NCBI GenBank assembly: GCA_965237415.1
Contig: CBDEFM010000001.1
Span: forward strand, 608,001-672,000
DNA: 64,000 nucleotides
Direction of reading: 5' to 3'
From: Alphaproteobacteria bacterium
Lineage (GTDB): Bacteria > Pseudomonadota > Alphaproteobacteria > UBA828
In this document: positions 49,481 to 62,105 of the stretch, one piece after another
Layout: every line of letters starts with the position of its first letter
How positions within the stretch are numbered: the first letter of the stretch is position 1
Program-made: the position numbers and the translations under genes
The notes under the pieces: generated by a model
What the model was told of the DNA's origin: nothing
The model's input: only the letters and a program-made list of their open reading frames with translations
Databases searched by the model: none

Positions 49481-51297
49481 TGGCGCCTCTTCAGCGCCGC
49501 GTCATAGGCTTCGCGCGCCCGCACGACCTCGGCACGGTCCGAGACTTCGGGCACCGCGACGTCCCACCAGTGACCGCCGGCCCCCGTGCTCACTGCCGGG
49601 TCGGTGTCTATCACGATGACGGTGGTGCGGTCGGCCGACCGCGCCTCGCTTATGGCGGCCTCCAGGCCCTCAATGCCGTCGACATGGGTCGCGACAGCTC
49701 CCATCGAAGCGGCGTGGGCAGCGAAATCGATGACCGACGGTGCCTCGTGCCGGGCCGTATTGAGCAGGTTGTTGAAGCTCGCGCCGCCGGTGGCCCGCTG
49801 CAGCCGGTCGATGCAGCCGAAGCCGCGGTTGTCGAGCACGACCACGGTGAGCTTGAGACCGAGCATGACGCTGGTCGCAAGCTCCGAGTTCATCATCATG
49901 TAGGAGCCGTCGCCGACGATAACGACCACATCGGCGTCGGGACGCGCCATCTTGACGCCGAGACCGCCGGCGATCTCGTAGCCCATGCAGGAATAGCCGT
50001 ATTCCAGGTGATAGTCGCCCTGGCGCGGCGAGCGCCAGAGCTTGTGCAGCTCGCCGGGCATGCCGCCGGCTGCGCAGACGATCATCCCGTTGTCGCCGAT
50101 GGTTCGCTGAACGGCGCCGATCACCTGGGCGTCCGATGGCAGGACGTTATTGCCGGGCGCGCCGGTGGCCGCGTCGGCAGCGCGGTTCCAATCGGTCTTC
50201 AGCGCCTGGCTCGGCGGTGTGAAGGCGTGGTCACCCAGTGCGGCGTCGAGCTCGTCGAGGGACGTCCGCGCGTCGCCGACGACGCCGATCGCGTCGTGCT
50301 TCGTCGCATCGAAGGCTGCCGCGTTGATCGCCACCAGCCTTGCGACCGGGTTCTGGAACAGGCTCCACGAGCCGGTGGTGAAGTCCTGCAGGCGGGTGCC
50401 GATCGCTAGGATCAGATCCGCCGCCCGTGCGATTTCGTTGGCGGCTTCGGTCCCCGTCACGCCGATGGCGCCGACGCTGCACGGGTGCGACCAGGGCAAT
50501 GCCGACTTGCCGGCCTGGGTTTCGGCAACGGGGATGCCACGGCGCTCGGCGAAGGCCGCAAGCGTGTCGCAGGCTTGGGAATAGTGAACCCCGCCGCCGG
50601 CGATGACGAGCGGTGTCTTCGCCGCGCGGAGCGCCCGGACCGCGCGCTTCAGCTCGCGTGCATCGGGCCGTTGCCGGCGCATGGTCCAGGTCCGGGACTC
50701 GAAGAACGCGTCGGGATAGTCGTAGGCCTCGGTCTGGACATCCTGGCACAGAGCGAGGGTGACGGGTCCGCACTCGGCGGGGTCCACGAGCGTCGCCATC
50801 GCACGTGGCAGGGCCGACAGCAGTTGCTCGGGCCGGGCGATGCGGTCGAAGTAGCGGCTGACCGGGCGGAAGCAGTCGTTGGCGCTGACGGTTCCGTCCC
50901 CAAAATCCTCGACCTGCTGGAGGACCGGGTCGGGGAGCCGGTTGGCGAAGACGTCTCCCGGCAGGAACAGCACCGGCAGGCGATTGACGTGCGCCAGCGC
51001 CGCCGCCGTGACCATGTTGGTGGCACCCGGTCCGATGGACGACGTTACCGCCATGAGCCGCTTGCGGTTGTTGGCCTTGGCGTAGGCGATCGCGGCGTGC
51101 GCCATGCTCTGCTCGTTATGGCCACGCCAAGTGGGGAGCGAATCGCCCGCGCGGTGGAGGGCCTCGCCGAGTCCAGCGACGTTGCCATGGCCGAAGATCG
51201 CCCACACCCCGGCCACGAGCCGCTCACCGTCCTCGTTCACCTGTGCGCCCAGATAGCGGACGAGGGCCTGCGCCGCCGTCAGTCGGATCGTGCTCAT
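49477..51297 (-). CDS. iolD: 3D-(3,5/4)-trihydroxycyclohexane-1,2-dione acylhydrolase
   Basis: [45 protein letters not shown]. Confidence 0.96.
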   Translation of the reverse strand: MSTIRLTAAQALVRYLGAQVNEDGERLVAGVWAIFGHGNVAGLGEALHRAGDSLPTWRGHNEQSMAHAAIAYAKANNRKRLMAVTSSIGPGATNMVTAAALAHVNRLPVLFLPGDVFANRLPDPVLQQVEDFGDGTVSANDCFRPVSRYFDRIARPEQLLSALPRAMATLVDPAECGPVTLALCQDVQTEAYDYPDAFFESRTWTMRRQRPDARELKRAVRALRAAKTPLVIAGGGVHYSQACDTLAAFAERRGIPVAETQAGKSALPWSHPCSVGAIGVTGTEAANEIARAADLILAIGTRLQDFTTGSWSLFQNPVARLVAINAAAFDATKHDAIGVVGDARTSLDELDAALGDHAFTPPSQALKTDWNRAADAATGAPGNNVLPSDAQVIGAVQRTIGDNGMIVCAAGGMPGELHKLWRSPRQGDYHLEYGYSCMGYEIAGGLGVKMARPDADVVVIVGDGSYMMMNSELATSVMLGLKLTVVVLDNRGFGCIDRLQRATGGASFNNLLNTARHEAPSVIDFAAHAASMGAVATHVDGIEGLEAAISEARSADRTTVIVIDTDPAVSTGAGGHWWDVAVPEVSDRAEVVRAREAYDAALKRRQ

Positions 51298-53203
51298 GGT
51301 CGTCCCAATCCCGCGCATGCCTCGTCCCAAGCCGCGCAGAGGCCGGCGAAGGTTTCGGCCATGCGCGTTACTGCCATATCGTCGGTCATGGTACCGGCCA
51401 TCCAGGCCCGGGCGACATCGGCAAATATGGTGCGCCCAATGGCGAACCCCTTGACCAGATCGTGCCTGGCCGCAACCCGAAAGCTCGCGTGCAGGTCGTC
51501 GACGGGCGCATCCAGGCCGAGTACGAGTATGCCCCGGCAATAGGGGTCGTTGGCGGCGATCGCGTCGCACGCCAGTTGCCATGCCCTATCCAAGACCATC
51601 GGCTCCAGCTTCCACCAATCGGGGTAGACGCCGATGGCATAGAAGCGCTCGATGATCGCGGCCGTCAGCGTCTCGTCCGCCGGTCCGTACTTGGAGGGAA
51701 TGACCTCCAGCAAGAAGTCCAGATCGTTGGCGCGTGCCGCGTCGGCCAGTCGCTTGACCGTGGCCTCCTGATCGGCGCGCAGGTCGTCCGGGTCGTCCGG
51801 ACGATAGAAGCAGAGAACCTTCACCACGTGTTCGGACGGCCATTCCGCCAAGGCCGAGCCGAAATCGTCGCCGATTTCTACGGCCAGCGGTCTCGAGCCG
51901 GGCTTCTCCACCGGACGGGCGATCCAGAGGCCGGTCCCCGCCGCCGCGAAGAGCGCCGCGCGGCCGAGGCGCATGTCGCAGAGGATGCCGAAGCCCTCGC
52001 GCCCGTCGGCGACGCGAAGCGTCGCATCCAGGCAGAGGTTCTTGAATGCGCCGATGCGCTCCGGCGCCGATCCGCAGCAGGCCGCCATGTGCTCGAGCTG
52101 CGTGCGGTGATCGAAGGCGAAGACACGCATGCCTGGCCATGTCCTGGCGCGGTTGGTCGACCAGTGGATCTGCTCCAGGCGCGCATCGTGCCGCACGGCG
52201 GGCGTGGAGGGGCCATGGTCCAGGAAGTGGCGCAGCTCGATGGCGCTGGGGTAGGCCGGCGTGCAGCCGTGACGCGAGACGGCGAGCGCGCCGCAGGCAT
52301 TGGCGATGCGCAAGGTCTCGGCCCAGTCCTCGCCCGAGAGCCATCCCTTGAGCAGGCCCGCCATGAAGCCGTCGCCGGCGCCGAGCACGTTGAAGACCTC
52401 GACCATGAAGGATTCGCCGCTGATCCCCTCGTCGAGGGACGCGGGAACTGGCCCGTCGAACGCGGTGGCGCCGGCGGCACCCCGCTTGCAGACCAGGGTC
52501 GCCGCGCTCACAGCGCGCACGTTGGCCAGCGCCTCGTACGTCGCGGTCGCGCCGCCGGCGATGTGAAATTCCTCCTCCGTGCCGACGATCACGTCGAAAC
52601 GGCCGAGGATCCCTTGCAGCTTGGCCGTGACCGCCTCCGATTCGATGAAGCGGTTCTCGCCGTCGCCGTGGCCCGACAGGCCCCAGAGGTTGGGCCGGTA
52701 GTCGATGTCGAGGATGGTCTTCGCGCCGGCCGCGCGGGCCAGATCGACGGCGCGGAGGGTCGCGGCCTCGGTCCGGGGATGCGACACGTGCGTGCCGGAG
52801 GCGAGGACGCAGCGGGCCTCGGCGATGAACTCAGGGTCGATATCTTCGGGCGAGAGCGCCATGTCGGCGCAGTTCTCGCGGTAGAAGATCAGCGGGAAGC
52901 GTTCCTGATCGCGGATACCGAGCAAGACGAGCGCCGTGAGGCGCTCCGGGTCGGTGATGATACCGCGCACGTCCACCCCTTCGGCCCGCAGCTGCTCGCG
53001 GATGAAGCGCCCCATGTGCTCGTCGCCGACGCGGGTGATCACGGCCGATTTCAGGCCGAGCCGTGCCGCACCGGCCGCCGTGTTGGTGGGCGAGCCGCCG
53101 ATGTACTTGCGGAAGGTCCGCATGTCCTCCAGCCGGCCGCCCACCTGGCCGCCGTAGAGGTCGACCGACGATCGGCCGATGGATATGACATCGAGAGGAC
53201 GCA

Positions 53204-53207
<4 letters not shown>
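51294..53207 (-). CDS. iolC: 5-dehydro-2-deoxygluconokinase with C-terminal DUF2090 (aldolase-like) domain
   Basis: [39 protein letters not shown]. Confidence 0.95.
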
Positions 53208-54021
<814 letters not shown>

Positions 54022-54022
<1 letters not shown>

Positions 54023-55119
54023 TATCGCTCTCCCGTGATCAAGCGGCGGACGTAGGTGTTGAGGATCACTGCCAGCAGCAGAATGACGCCGAGGAAGACG
54101 CGGAAGAGGCTGCTCTCCACGCCGGTGAAGAAGAGCCCTTGCTGAACGACGCCGAAGATCAGCGCGCCGAGCGCAGCGCCGACCACGGAGCCGTATCCGC
54201 CGGTGAGCAGCGCGCCGCCAATCACCACGCAGATGATGGCTTCGAACTCCTTCAGCAGGCCGCGGTCCGCGGCGGCGGAGCCGAATTCCGTCACCTGGCA
54301 GGTGGCAAAGACGGTGGCGCAGAAGGCAGTGAACATGAACATCAGGATCTTGACGCGGTTCACGGGCACGCCGGTGTATCGCGCGGCCTGGGCGTCGCCG
54401 CCGGCGGCGTAGATCCAGTTGCCGAATTTCGTCCGGGTAAGTACCCAGTGCCCGACGAGGACCAGGCCGATCGCCCACACGATCAGCATGGGAACCCCGT
54501 CTACCACCGGCTCTCCCTCGCGGCGGCCGCGCGTGAAGGTGGCAATCAGGCCAAGATCGGCGAGCCAGTCGAAGAGGCCGCCGAGAATCGTGCCGCCGAA
54601 GACGGGCGCCAGCCAGTCGCCCTCCGCCGCGTCCTTCACGCCGCCGATGATGGTCTTGCGCGTGGTGGTGATGGAAATGAAGATTGTGAGCCCGCGCAGA
54701 ATATAGAGGAACGCGAGGGTGACGATGAAACTCGGCAGGCCGGTCTTGATGACGATCCAGCCGTTCAACGCGCCCAGTGCGACGGCAACGACGAAGGCCA
54801 GAATGATCCCGAGCCAGACGGGATAGCCCCAGTGGACCGAGACGATTGCGATGACGATGCCGGCGAAGCCGATCATGGAGCCGACCGAGAGGTCGAATTC
54901 GCCGGCGATCATCAGCAGGCAGGCGCCGACGGCGATGATCGCGAACTGCGCCGAGACGACGCCCCAGTTCATGATGCCTTCCGGCGAGAACATGCCGGTG
55001 TCGGACGCCACCATGAGAAAGAAGACGAAGACGAGGATCGTGCCGCAAATGGCGCCCAGTTCGGGCCGGATCATGGCGCGACGAAACGACGACATCTCCC
55101 TCAGGCGTTCGTCGGGCAT
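54022..55119 (-). CDS. Sugar (inositol) ABC transporter permease
   Basis: [30 protein letters not shown]. Confidence 0.93.
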
Positions 55120-55217
55120 GGCTCCCTCCCGCAATATCCCCCGATCACAAGGCGGGAATCCGCCGCGGCGCCAGGCCGCGGCGGATCGACCCCGAGCCGG
55201 GGAAGGTCAGGACAGGA

Positions 55218-56168
55218 TCAGCGGTATTCCCCCGCGTACTGCTCGACCAGGGCGATGTTGCCCGTGGTGATGAAGCCGGGGCCGGAATTCATGTGGCCCG
55301 AGGGCACAACGCCGTAGCGCGCGAGGTTGGTGAGGATGATGACCGGCATGTAGCCCTGAAGATAGGGCTGCTGGTCGATCGCAAACGCGATCGTGCCGTC
55401 CTTGACCCCGGCGGCGATTTCGCCCGAGAGGTCGAAGGTGCCGAAATGAATCTCGCCCGAGAGGCTGAGCTCGTCCAGCGCCGCCAGCGTCGGGTGGGCC
55501 GAGGTCGGCCCCAGCGTCAGGATTCCGTTCGCATCCTCGTTGCTGTTCAAGTACGCCATCACCTTGTTCTTGATCTCGGCCGGGTCCTGACCGCTATCGA
55601 TCATCTGGTTGCCGAGCTCCACGCCAAGGGCATCGGCGTAGCCCTGGCAGCGATCGACCGAGGCCGGATTGGTGATGTAGTGATTGACGCACAGGAACTT
55701 GGTGACGCCCGCCGCCTTGGCCTTCTTGCCGGCACCGAATCCGGCGTCGTATTCCGGCTGGCCCACATGCAGCAGGGCGCCGAGCTGCTCGGATTGCTCG
55801 TGAGTGCCCGAATTGATCGTGATGACGGGAATGCCCTTGTCGACGGCATCGGTGATGGGGCCGCTGAGCACGTCGAAGTCGGCGATGGTGACGATGATGC
55901 CGTCCGGGTTGGCCGCCGACGCCTGCTCGACGATGCGGGCCATGTCGGCCAGGTCGCCGGTCGGCGGATTGCGATAGTCGACGGTCACGCCCATCTGCTC
56001 GCCGGCGATCCCGATCGCGTTCTTGATCGTGTTCCACCAGCTGTCGCTGTCCGGCGCGTGGCTGATGAGGACGAACTTTTCGCCCTCCGCCGAGGCGATT
56101 CCCGGGCTCGTGGCCAGACCGATCGCCGCCAGCGCGGCGGCTGCGAGCGCAATGACTCTGGATTTCAT
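55218..56168 (-). CDS. Sugar (inositol) ABC transporter substrate-binding protein
   Basis: Signal peptide, GIPVITINSG, HVGQPEY, AIDQQPYLQGY. Confidence 0.93.
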   Translation of the reverse strand: MKSRVIALAAAALAAIGLATSPGIASAEGEKFVLISHAPDSDSWWNTIKNAIGIAGEQMGVTVDYRNPPTGDLADMARIVEQASAANPDGIIVTIADFDVLSGPITDAVDKGIPVITINSGTHEQSEQLGALLHVGQPEYDAGFGAGKKAKAAGVTKFLCVNHYITNPASVDRCQGYADALGVELGNQMIDSGQDPAEIKNKVMAYLNSNEDANGILTLGPTSAHPTLAALDELSLSGEIHFGTFDLSGEIAAGVKDGTIAFAIDQQPYLQGYMPVIILTNLARYGVVPSGHMNSGPGFITTGNIALVEQYAGEYR

Positions 56169-56251
56169 GGACTCCTCCCATTTCATGTGCGCCGGAGCCG
56201 CCCGGCGGCGATTTGCGTCCACCCGGGGCTCCGGGCGCGGCTACCACAAAT

Positions 56252-56265
56252 AGAATACAAATTCC
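56252..56265. promoter_or_regulatory. Probable IolR operator upstream of the transporter/iol operon
   Basis: AGAATACAAATTCC, one mismatch to GGAA-N6-TTCC. Confidence 0.55.
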
Positions 56266-56294
56266 ATTATTGGAAATCAAAGCGAAAAAGGTGA

Positions 56295-57128
56295 CTATGC
56301 GCCGGCGGCCTTTGCGTGGCGGCGCGCGCCGACCGAGACCGCAATCGTCATGGCGAGCGCCAGCGTCGCCGCGAGAGGGCGGAATGCGCCCACGTCGATC
56401 TCGGATACCGTCAGCGCCACGGTGCCGAGACGGCGCAGGGGGCTCACGCCGGCGTCGGTAATCGCCACCACCGACGCCCCCACCGCGCGCGCATGCGCCG
56501 CAAGATCGATGGTCTCGACGGTATAGGGGGCGAAGGAGATCGCGATCAGGACGTCGTTCCCGCGCACGCTCAGATGGCTGCTCATGCGGCCCACGTCAGC
56601 GTGGTGAACGCTCGCCGCGCCGAGCTTCTCGAATGCATAGGCCAGATAGGTCGACACCGGCATCGACCGCCGAAATCCCGCGAGGTGGATGACGTCGGCT
56701 TCGGCGATCAATTCAACGGCGGCTTCGAGATCATTTATATCCAATGAAACCAATAGATTCTCGAGCGAGGAGCGCCCCGCGGACACGAACTCGCCGAAGA
56801 GCGCCGCCGGGCTGTCGTCCGCTCTCGCGTGCAGCATATCGAGCCGGGTCGTGTAGTCGGGCCACTGCCGCTGGGCATAGGCCTCGCGAAAGAGCCGCTG
56901 CAACGCGGAGAACCCCGAGAACCCCAGCACCTGGCAGAACCGCACGAAGGCGGAAGGCTGGACCTCCGCCATCTCCGCGAGCTCCGACACCGTGGAGACC
57001 GCAATGCGGTCCGGATTGAGCAGCACGAAGGCGGCACACTGTCTGAGCCGCTTCGGCAGCTCGGCCGAGCCCTCGTGCAATCGGGCGAAGAGGGCATCGA
57101 TCGTTTCCGGAGGCTGCGAATGGTTCAT
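56295..57128 (-). CDS. iolR: RpiR/MurR-family regulator of inositol catabolism
   Basis: LPKRLRQCA..VSELA..VQPSAFVRFCQ.LGFSGFS HTH plus SIS domain; heads the iol cluster. Confidence 0.88.
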   Translation of the reverse strand: MNHSQPPETIDALFARLHEGSAELPKRLRQCAAFVLLNPDRIAVSTVSELAEMAEVQPSAFVRFCQVLGFSGFSALQRLFREAYAQRQWPDYTTRLDMLHARADDSPAALFGEFVSAGRSSLENLLVSLDINDLEAAVELIAEADVIHLAGFRRSMPVSTYLAYAFEKLGAASVHHADVGRMSSHLSVRGNDVLIAISFAPYTVETIDLAAHARAVGASVVAITDAGVSPLRRLGTVALTVSEIDVGAFRPLAATLALAMTIAVSVGARRHAKAAGA

Positions 57129-57180
57129 TGCAGGCAGTTCCCAGCATCGGCTCTGGGCAACGGGGACGAACCGCAATATT

Positions 57181-57194
57181 GGAACAAATGTTCC
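57181..57194. promoter_or_regulatory. Probable IolR operator (autoregulation)
   Basis: GGAACAAATGTTCC fits GGAA-N6-TTCC. Confidence 0.7.
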
Positions 57195-57409
57195 ATTTGG
57201 TCAATTTCGTGAGAGTTGTTGGTCGCGGTCGTCCCAACGCGGTCATACGCATGTTGTCCGGCACGCTTGTTGGAGGCCAATCGGAAGATGGATCGTGTCC
57301 CGCGGAGTGGTGTAAGAGCCTCGCGTCCTACGCGGTATCCGGCGGGTTAGACCGATGGCCTCGCTCTCACAACCCGTGGAGGGTTTCCCGCACCGCTCCG
57401 GCAAGCGAT

Positions 57410-57547
57410 TCGTAGCCGCGAGGCCGACGCCTTGACGGCCTCGCGCGCCAGGTGGGCGTAACGCGCCGTCGTCTCGATGTCGCTATGGCCGAGCAGCTTG
57501 ACGATCATCGGCAGGGTTTCGCGAGGCGCCAGCGCCCGGGAAGCAAA
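57410..57547 (-). pseudogene. C-terminal fragment of a tyrosine integrase fused to the amidase
   Basis: FASRALA..ETLPMIVKLLGHSDIETTARYAHLAREAVKASASR. Confidence 0.85.
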
Positions 57548-58576
57548 GCAGAGCCTGAGACCGTGATAATGCTCGGGCACCGAGACCTCGCTGACCTGGG
57601 CGCCGCGCTCCTCCAGCCGGCGCACCGCCGCGAACACCGATTCGTCGACCGCCGGCTCGCTCCCCGGCAGGCCGAACTCGGGCCAGGTCTCGGTCGTCTG
57701 GCCGAAGCCCTCGCTGAGCACGCCGATGCGGATTCCCTCGCAGCCCGCGCCGATGGCCGGCATGTAGTCCTGCACATAATCCGCAGGGATCACGCCCCGC
57801 TGGCGCGGATCGAGGGGGTCGGGGCCAGCCAGCACCGAGAGCATGCGGGCCGTGTTCTCAACCGTGTTCGTCATAGGCCCGATGTGGTCGAGGGTCATGT
57901 CGATCGCGAGGCACCCGGTATAGGGAATGAGGCCGAAGGTCGCCTTGTGCCCGACCACGCCGCACCAGGAGGCGGGGATGCGGATCGAGCCGCCCTGATC
58001 GCCGCCGATGGCCATGGCCACGTCGCCGGCGGCGACCGCGGCGGCGCTCCCCTTCGACGAGCCGCCGGGCGCATGGGTGGGCTTGCGCGGATTGCGCACC
58101 GGGCCGTAGCCGCTGGTGTGGCCGCCGCCGGAGAAGGAGAAGTCCGCGCAGGCCGTCTTGCCGACGATGGTGGCGCCCGCGTCGAGCAGGCGGGTCACGA
58201 TGGTGGCGTCGATGATGGGCACGTAGCCTTCGAGGGCGCGCGCGCCGTTCATCATCGGCAGGCCGGCCACGGAGACCACGTCCTTGATGCCGATCTCCTC
58301 GCCCGCGAGGGAACCCGAATCGGCGCCCTTGATCTCGGCTCGCCAGTACCAGGCGTTGTAGGGGTTCTCGTCGGGGTGCGGCCGGTAACCCGAGGTCCGC
58401 GGATAGGCGACGGCCGGGCGTTCCTCCGGCATGTCGTCGATGTGGCGCAGGCTCGCGATGGCGCCACGCATGGCGTCCCGCTGGTTGGTGAGGTCGTCGA
58501 GCGACATGTCCAACCCGAAATCCGCAGCGATCTCGGCGAGCTGATTGATGGAAGGGAGTTCCGGACCACGCGACAT
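57548..58576 (-). pseudogene. Amidase-signature family amidase, C-terminally truncated
   Basis: IKD, PGGSSKGS, GGDQGGSIRIPASWCG; the normal C-terminus is replaced by integrase sequence. Confidence 0.88.
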
Positions 58577-58752
58577 GGGGGCCTCGTCTCGGTTGGTGGG
58601 AGCGATCCTCGATCCTAGGCCGCCCCGATGCCACCGATTACGGCGCGCAAACGAGGTGTCGATCGCGTATGAATTGGGGTGTCGATCTTGGTAGCGGGGA
58701 GCCGACCTCGCCGCTAGTATCGCGCCTCCAACCTGTAGAGGGGTCTAGCGAA

Positions 58753-59994
58753 ATGGGTCAGATGAGCCGGCGCCACGCGCCGATTAACCTGCGTCAGAGC
58801 GGCGACTTCAACGCCAAGATGCTGCTCTCCACCCGTGTGCGAAAATCGCCTTACTTTCATCTGGCAAAGGCCGCCGGCTGCTGGTGCTACACGGTCTACA
58901 ACCGCATCTATCACCCGCGCGCCTACATTCCGCTGGAGGAAGGCGGCCTGCTGGAGGAATACAAGTACCTCACCGAGCACGTCACCATGTGGGACGTGGC
59001 CGTGGAGCGGCAGATCCAGGTCAAGGGCCCCGATGCGGAGAAGTTCGTCGACTTCGTGATCACCCGCGACGTGAAGAAGATCGAGACCGGCAAGGCGCGC
59101 TACGTCATCCTCTGCAATCTCTATGGCGGCATCATCAACGACCCGGTGCTGCTGCGCGTGGCCGACGACGAGTTCTGGTTCTCGCTCGCCGATTCCGATG
59201 TCGGCATCTACCTGCAGGGCGTGAACGCCGTCGCCAAGATGGATGTCGAGGTCAACGAGATCGACGTCTGCCCGGTGCAGATCCAGGGACCCAAGGCGCA
59301 GGACCTTATCCGCGCGCTGGTGGGCCCGGCGATCGACGACGTGCCGTACTACGGGCTGCTCCAGAACGTGGAGGTCGGCGGCTGCGAGGTGGTGATCTCG
59401 CGCTCGGGCTTCTCCGGCGAGGCGGGATACGAGATCTATCTCATCGACGCCACGATCAACGCCGACGCGATGTGGAACGCGGTGCTGGAGGCCGGCAAGC
59501 AGTTCAACCTGCGGGTCATCGCGCCGGGGCATATCCGCCGCATCGAGGCCGGCATCCTGAGCTGGGGCCAGGACATGGACATCGAGACCAACCCCTATCA
59601 GGTCGGCCTCGGCTGGCAGGTCAACTTCGACAAGGGCGACTTCATCGGCAGGGAGGCACTTGCCAGGATCAGGGACGAGGGCGTGACCGAGAAGCTGGTC
59701 GGGCTCCGCATGGGCGGCAAGCCCATCACCTGGTACCCGGCGGACTTCTACATCGTGCGCGACGGGGCGACCGACGTCGGCTACGTCACCAGCGCCTTCT
59801 GGTCGCCGGCGCAGAACTCTAACATCGCGCTCGCCATGCTGCCGATCGGCTACAGCGAGGTCGGCACCAGGCTCACCGTGGAGCTGGACAAGCAATACGC
59901 AGACGCGCCGGTGGACGCCGAGGTGGTGGAGACGCCGTTCAAGCCCTCGGATTCGCCCGGCAGCGGCTACCTGCTCACCGGCTCCAAGCTCTGA
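58753..59994 (+). CDS. GcvT-family aminomethyltransferase/THF-dependent demethylase (DmdA-like)
   Basis: TVYNR, WDVAVERQIQVKGPDA, GGIINDPVLLR, SRSGFSGEAGYEIY, RRIEAG, GYVTSAFWSP. Confidence 0.88.
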   Translation: MGQMSRRHAPINLRQSGDFNAKMLLSTRVRKSPYFHLAKAAGCWCYTVYNRIYHPRAYIPLEEGGLLEEYKYLTEHVTMWDVAVERQIQVKGPDAEKFVDFVITRDVKKIETGKARYVILCNLYGGIINDPVLLRVADDEFWFSLADSDVGIYLQGVNAVAKMDVEVNEIDVCPVQIQGPKAQDLIRALVGPAIDDVPYYGLLQNVEVGGCEVVISRSGFSGEAGYEIYLIDATINADAMWNAVLEAGKQFNLRVIAPGHIRRIEAGILSWGQDMDIETNPYQVGLGWQVNFDKGDFIGREALARIRDEGVTEKLVGLRMGGKPITWYPADFYIVRDGATDVGYVTSAFWSPAQNSNIALAMLPIGYSEVGTRLTVELDKQYADAPVDAEVVETPFKPSDSPGSGYLLTGSKL

Positions 59995-60517
59995 GCGCCG
60001 CGCCTGACGGGATCGCCCCGCCCTGCCCTGCATACGGGCGGGGCGTCCGTTCGGCGCGCGCCGGCGCTGAGCATTCCGAGGGGCCGTGAGCGCCGCGCCG
60101 CGGGCCGAGCGGCTGCGCGACCACTTCGTCGGCTGGCAGTGCCGCATCCGCGCCGACGCCATGCGGCGCCGGGAGGGCCGGCCGACGCTCGGCATGCGGC
60201 CGCAGGCGCTGAGTGCGGCGGGCGAAGAGCTTGCGCCGGCCGTGACCACGCTCCTCGTGCGGAAGGAGGCGGAGGCTTTCGCGCCCGAGTTCCGCCATCT
60301 GGCGCGGCGCACCCACGAACCGCGGGCGATGCGCGAGGCGGCGCTCGCGCTGCTGGCGGAGCGCTACTACCAATATGCGCGGGATTTTTCGGGCCTGCTG
60401 ACCGCGACCTTCGCGGCCGAATCTCCGCTCGCCGCAACGCTCGCGCACGAGGGGCGCTGCGTGCTCTCCTTCGCCCAGGACGGCCAGCGCTACGCGCTGC
60501 CCTGCGCTGTGGCCTTG

Positions 60518-60634
60518 CTAGGAGCCTGCGCCGTAGGAAAATTGCCTACTATATGTAGTGGTGTCAGATTATTCTTTACTACTACCTATGGTGTCTGAAG
60601 GTGCCCAAAAGCGTTCTGCGGCGCAGGCTCCTAG
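60518..60634. mobile_element. 117-bp MITE, copy 2
   Basis: Same TIRs and CTAG flanks as 37825-37941. Confidence 0.92.
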
Positions 60635-61785
60635 TGTGATGTCCCAGAGATAGATGATATATTTATGGGCAGTTTCCTGTCAGGAGTCTGCCCATGCCCC
60701 GTGGTCGCCCCATCGAACCCGTCGTTCTCACGGACGACGAGAAAGATCGGCTCCTCAGCCTCGCCAACTCTCGCTCCTTGCCTCATGGAGTGGTGCGGCG
60801 TGCGCAAATCGTTCTCGCCTGCGCCCAGGGCGAGGCGAACGCCTCGATCGCCCGGCGCATGCGCCTGAGCGATGCCACCGTTGGCAAGTGGCGCAAGCGC
60901 TATCGCATGCAAGGGATCGAGGGGTTGCACGATGAACTGCGCCCGGGCCGGCCCAGAACCCATGACGATGAACGGGTCGCCGAGGTCATCAACACCGCGC
61001 TCCAGACCAAACCACCCGATGGCGCCACCCATTGGAGCGTGCGCGCCATGGCCGAGCAAAGCGGCGTCTCCAAGAGCACCGTGCAACGCTGGTTCAGTCT
61101 GTTCGCCATCCAACCCCACCGCCAGCGCTACTTCAAGCTCTCCAACGACCCCTTCTTCGTCGAGAAGGTGCGCGATATCGTCGGCCTCTATCTCAACCCG
61201 CCCGACCACGCCGTCGTGCTCTGTGTCGACGAGAAAACCCAGGTCCAGGCGCTCAACCGCACCCAACCGATGCTGCCGATGGGGCTGGGCTACGTCGAAG
61301 GGGTCACCCACGATTACGTCCGTCACGGCACCACCACCCTGTTCGCCGCCCTCGACATCGCCACCGGACAGGTCATCACCCAGTGCAAGAAGCGCCATCG
61401 CCACCAGGAGTTTCTCGCCTTCCTGCGCCACATCGACGCCAACCTCCCCGAACCCTTCGACGTTCACCTCATCGCCGACAACTACGCCACCCACAAGTAC
61501 CCGAAGGTCAGAGCCTGGCTCGCAAGGCGACCGCGATACCACATCCACTACACACCCACCTATGCCTCGTGGCTCAACCAGGTCGAGCGCTGGTTCGGCA
61601 TCATCACTCAAACCGCCATTCGACGCGGCTCGTTCTCCAACGTCAGCGAACTGGTGAACAAGATCGATCTCTTCGTCCACCACTACAACGCCAAAGCCAC
61701 TCCCTTCATGTGGACCGCAACCGCAGACTCAATACTCGCAAAAGTCCAGAGACTTTGCTCATATATCTCTGGGACACAACACTAG
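60631..61785 (+). mobile_element. Complete IS630-family element
   Basis: CTAG at both ends; IRs TGTGATGTCCCAGAGATAGATGA / TCATATATCTCTGGGACACAACA. Confidence 0.93.
60694..61785 (+). CDS. IS630-family transposase
   Basis: [39 protein letters not shown]. Confidence 0.95.
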   Translation: MPRGRPIEPVVLTDDEKDRLLSLANSRSLPHGVVRRAQIVLACAQGEANASIARRMRLSDATVGKWRKRYRMQGIEGLHDELRPGRPRTHDDERVAEVINTALQTKPPDGATHWSVRAMAEQSGVSKSTVQRWFSLFAIQPHRQRYFKLSNDPFFVEKVRDIVGLYLNPPDHAVVLCVDEKTQVQALNRTQPMLPMGLGYVEGVTHDYVRHGTTTLFAALDIATGQVITQCKKRHRHQEFLAFLRHIDANLPEPFDVHLIADNYATHKYPKVRAWLARRPRYHIHYTPTYASWLNQVERWFGIITQTAIRRGSFSNVSELVNKIDLFVHHYNAKATPFMWTATADSILAKVQRLCSYISGTQH

Positions 61786-62105
61786 GGGCCGACGACTCGC
61801 ACCGCGAGGAAACCTGGTGGCACAACGCGTTGTTCAACCCGTCGCTGCCGCCGGACGTCCCCGTCCTCGCCTTCGCGCCCCGCTGGCTGGAAGCAACCGC
61901 CGATCCCGGGCCGGACGGGCGGCGATAGCAGCTGGCTGGTTCGCCGCCGTCGCCAGCGGTGGAGCAAGCCGCAGCGTCATTGCGCGTTCGCTCGCCACAC
62001 GCCGAAAGGAAGGGAAACGACCGATGCCGGAGCCGGTCTCAGACAAGACATCCATGTTCGACCGTGCCATTCCCGTGCTCGCTTCGCTGGAGATCGCGAC
62101 CTCGC

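Larger units (their letters stand above)
60086..61928 (+). pseudogene. Conserved hypothetical gene interrupted at a CTAG by MITE + IS630
   Basis: Removing 60522-61785 rejoins ...[30 protein letters not shown]...GRR* in frame. Confidence 0.8.
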
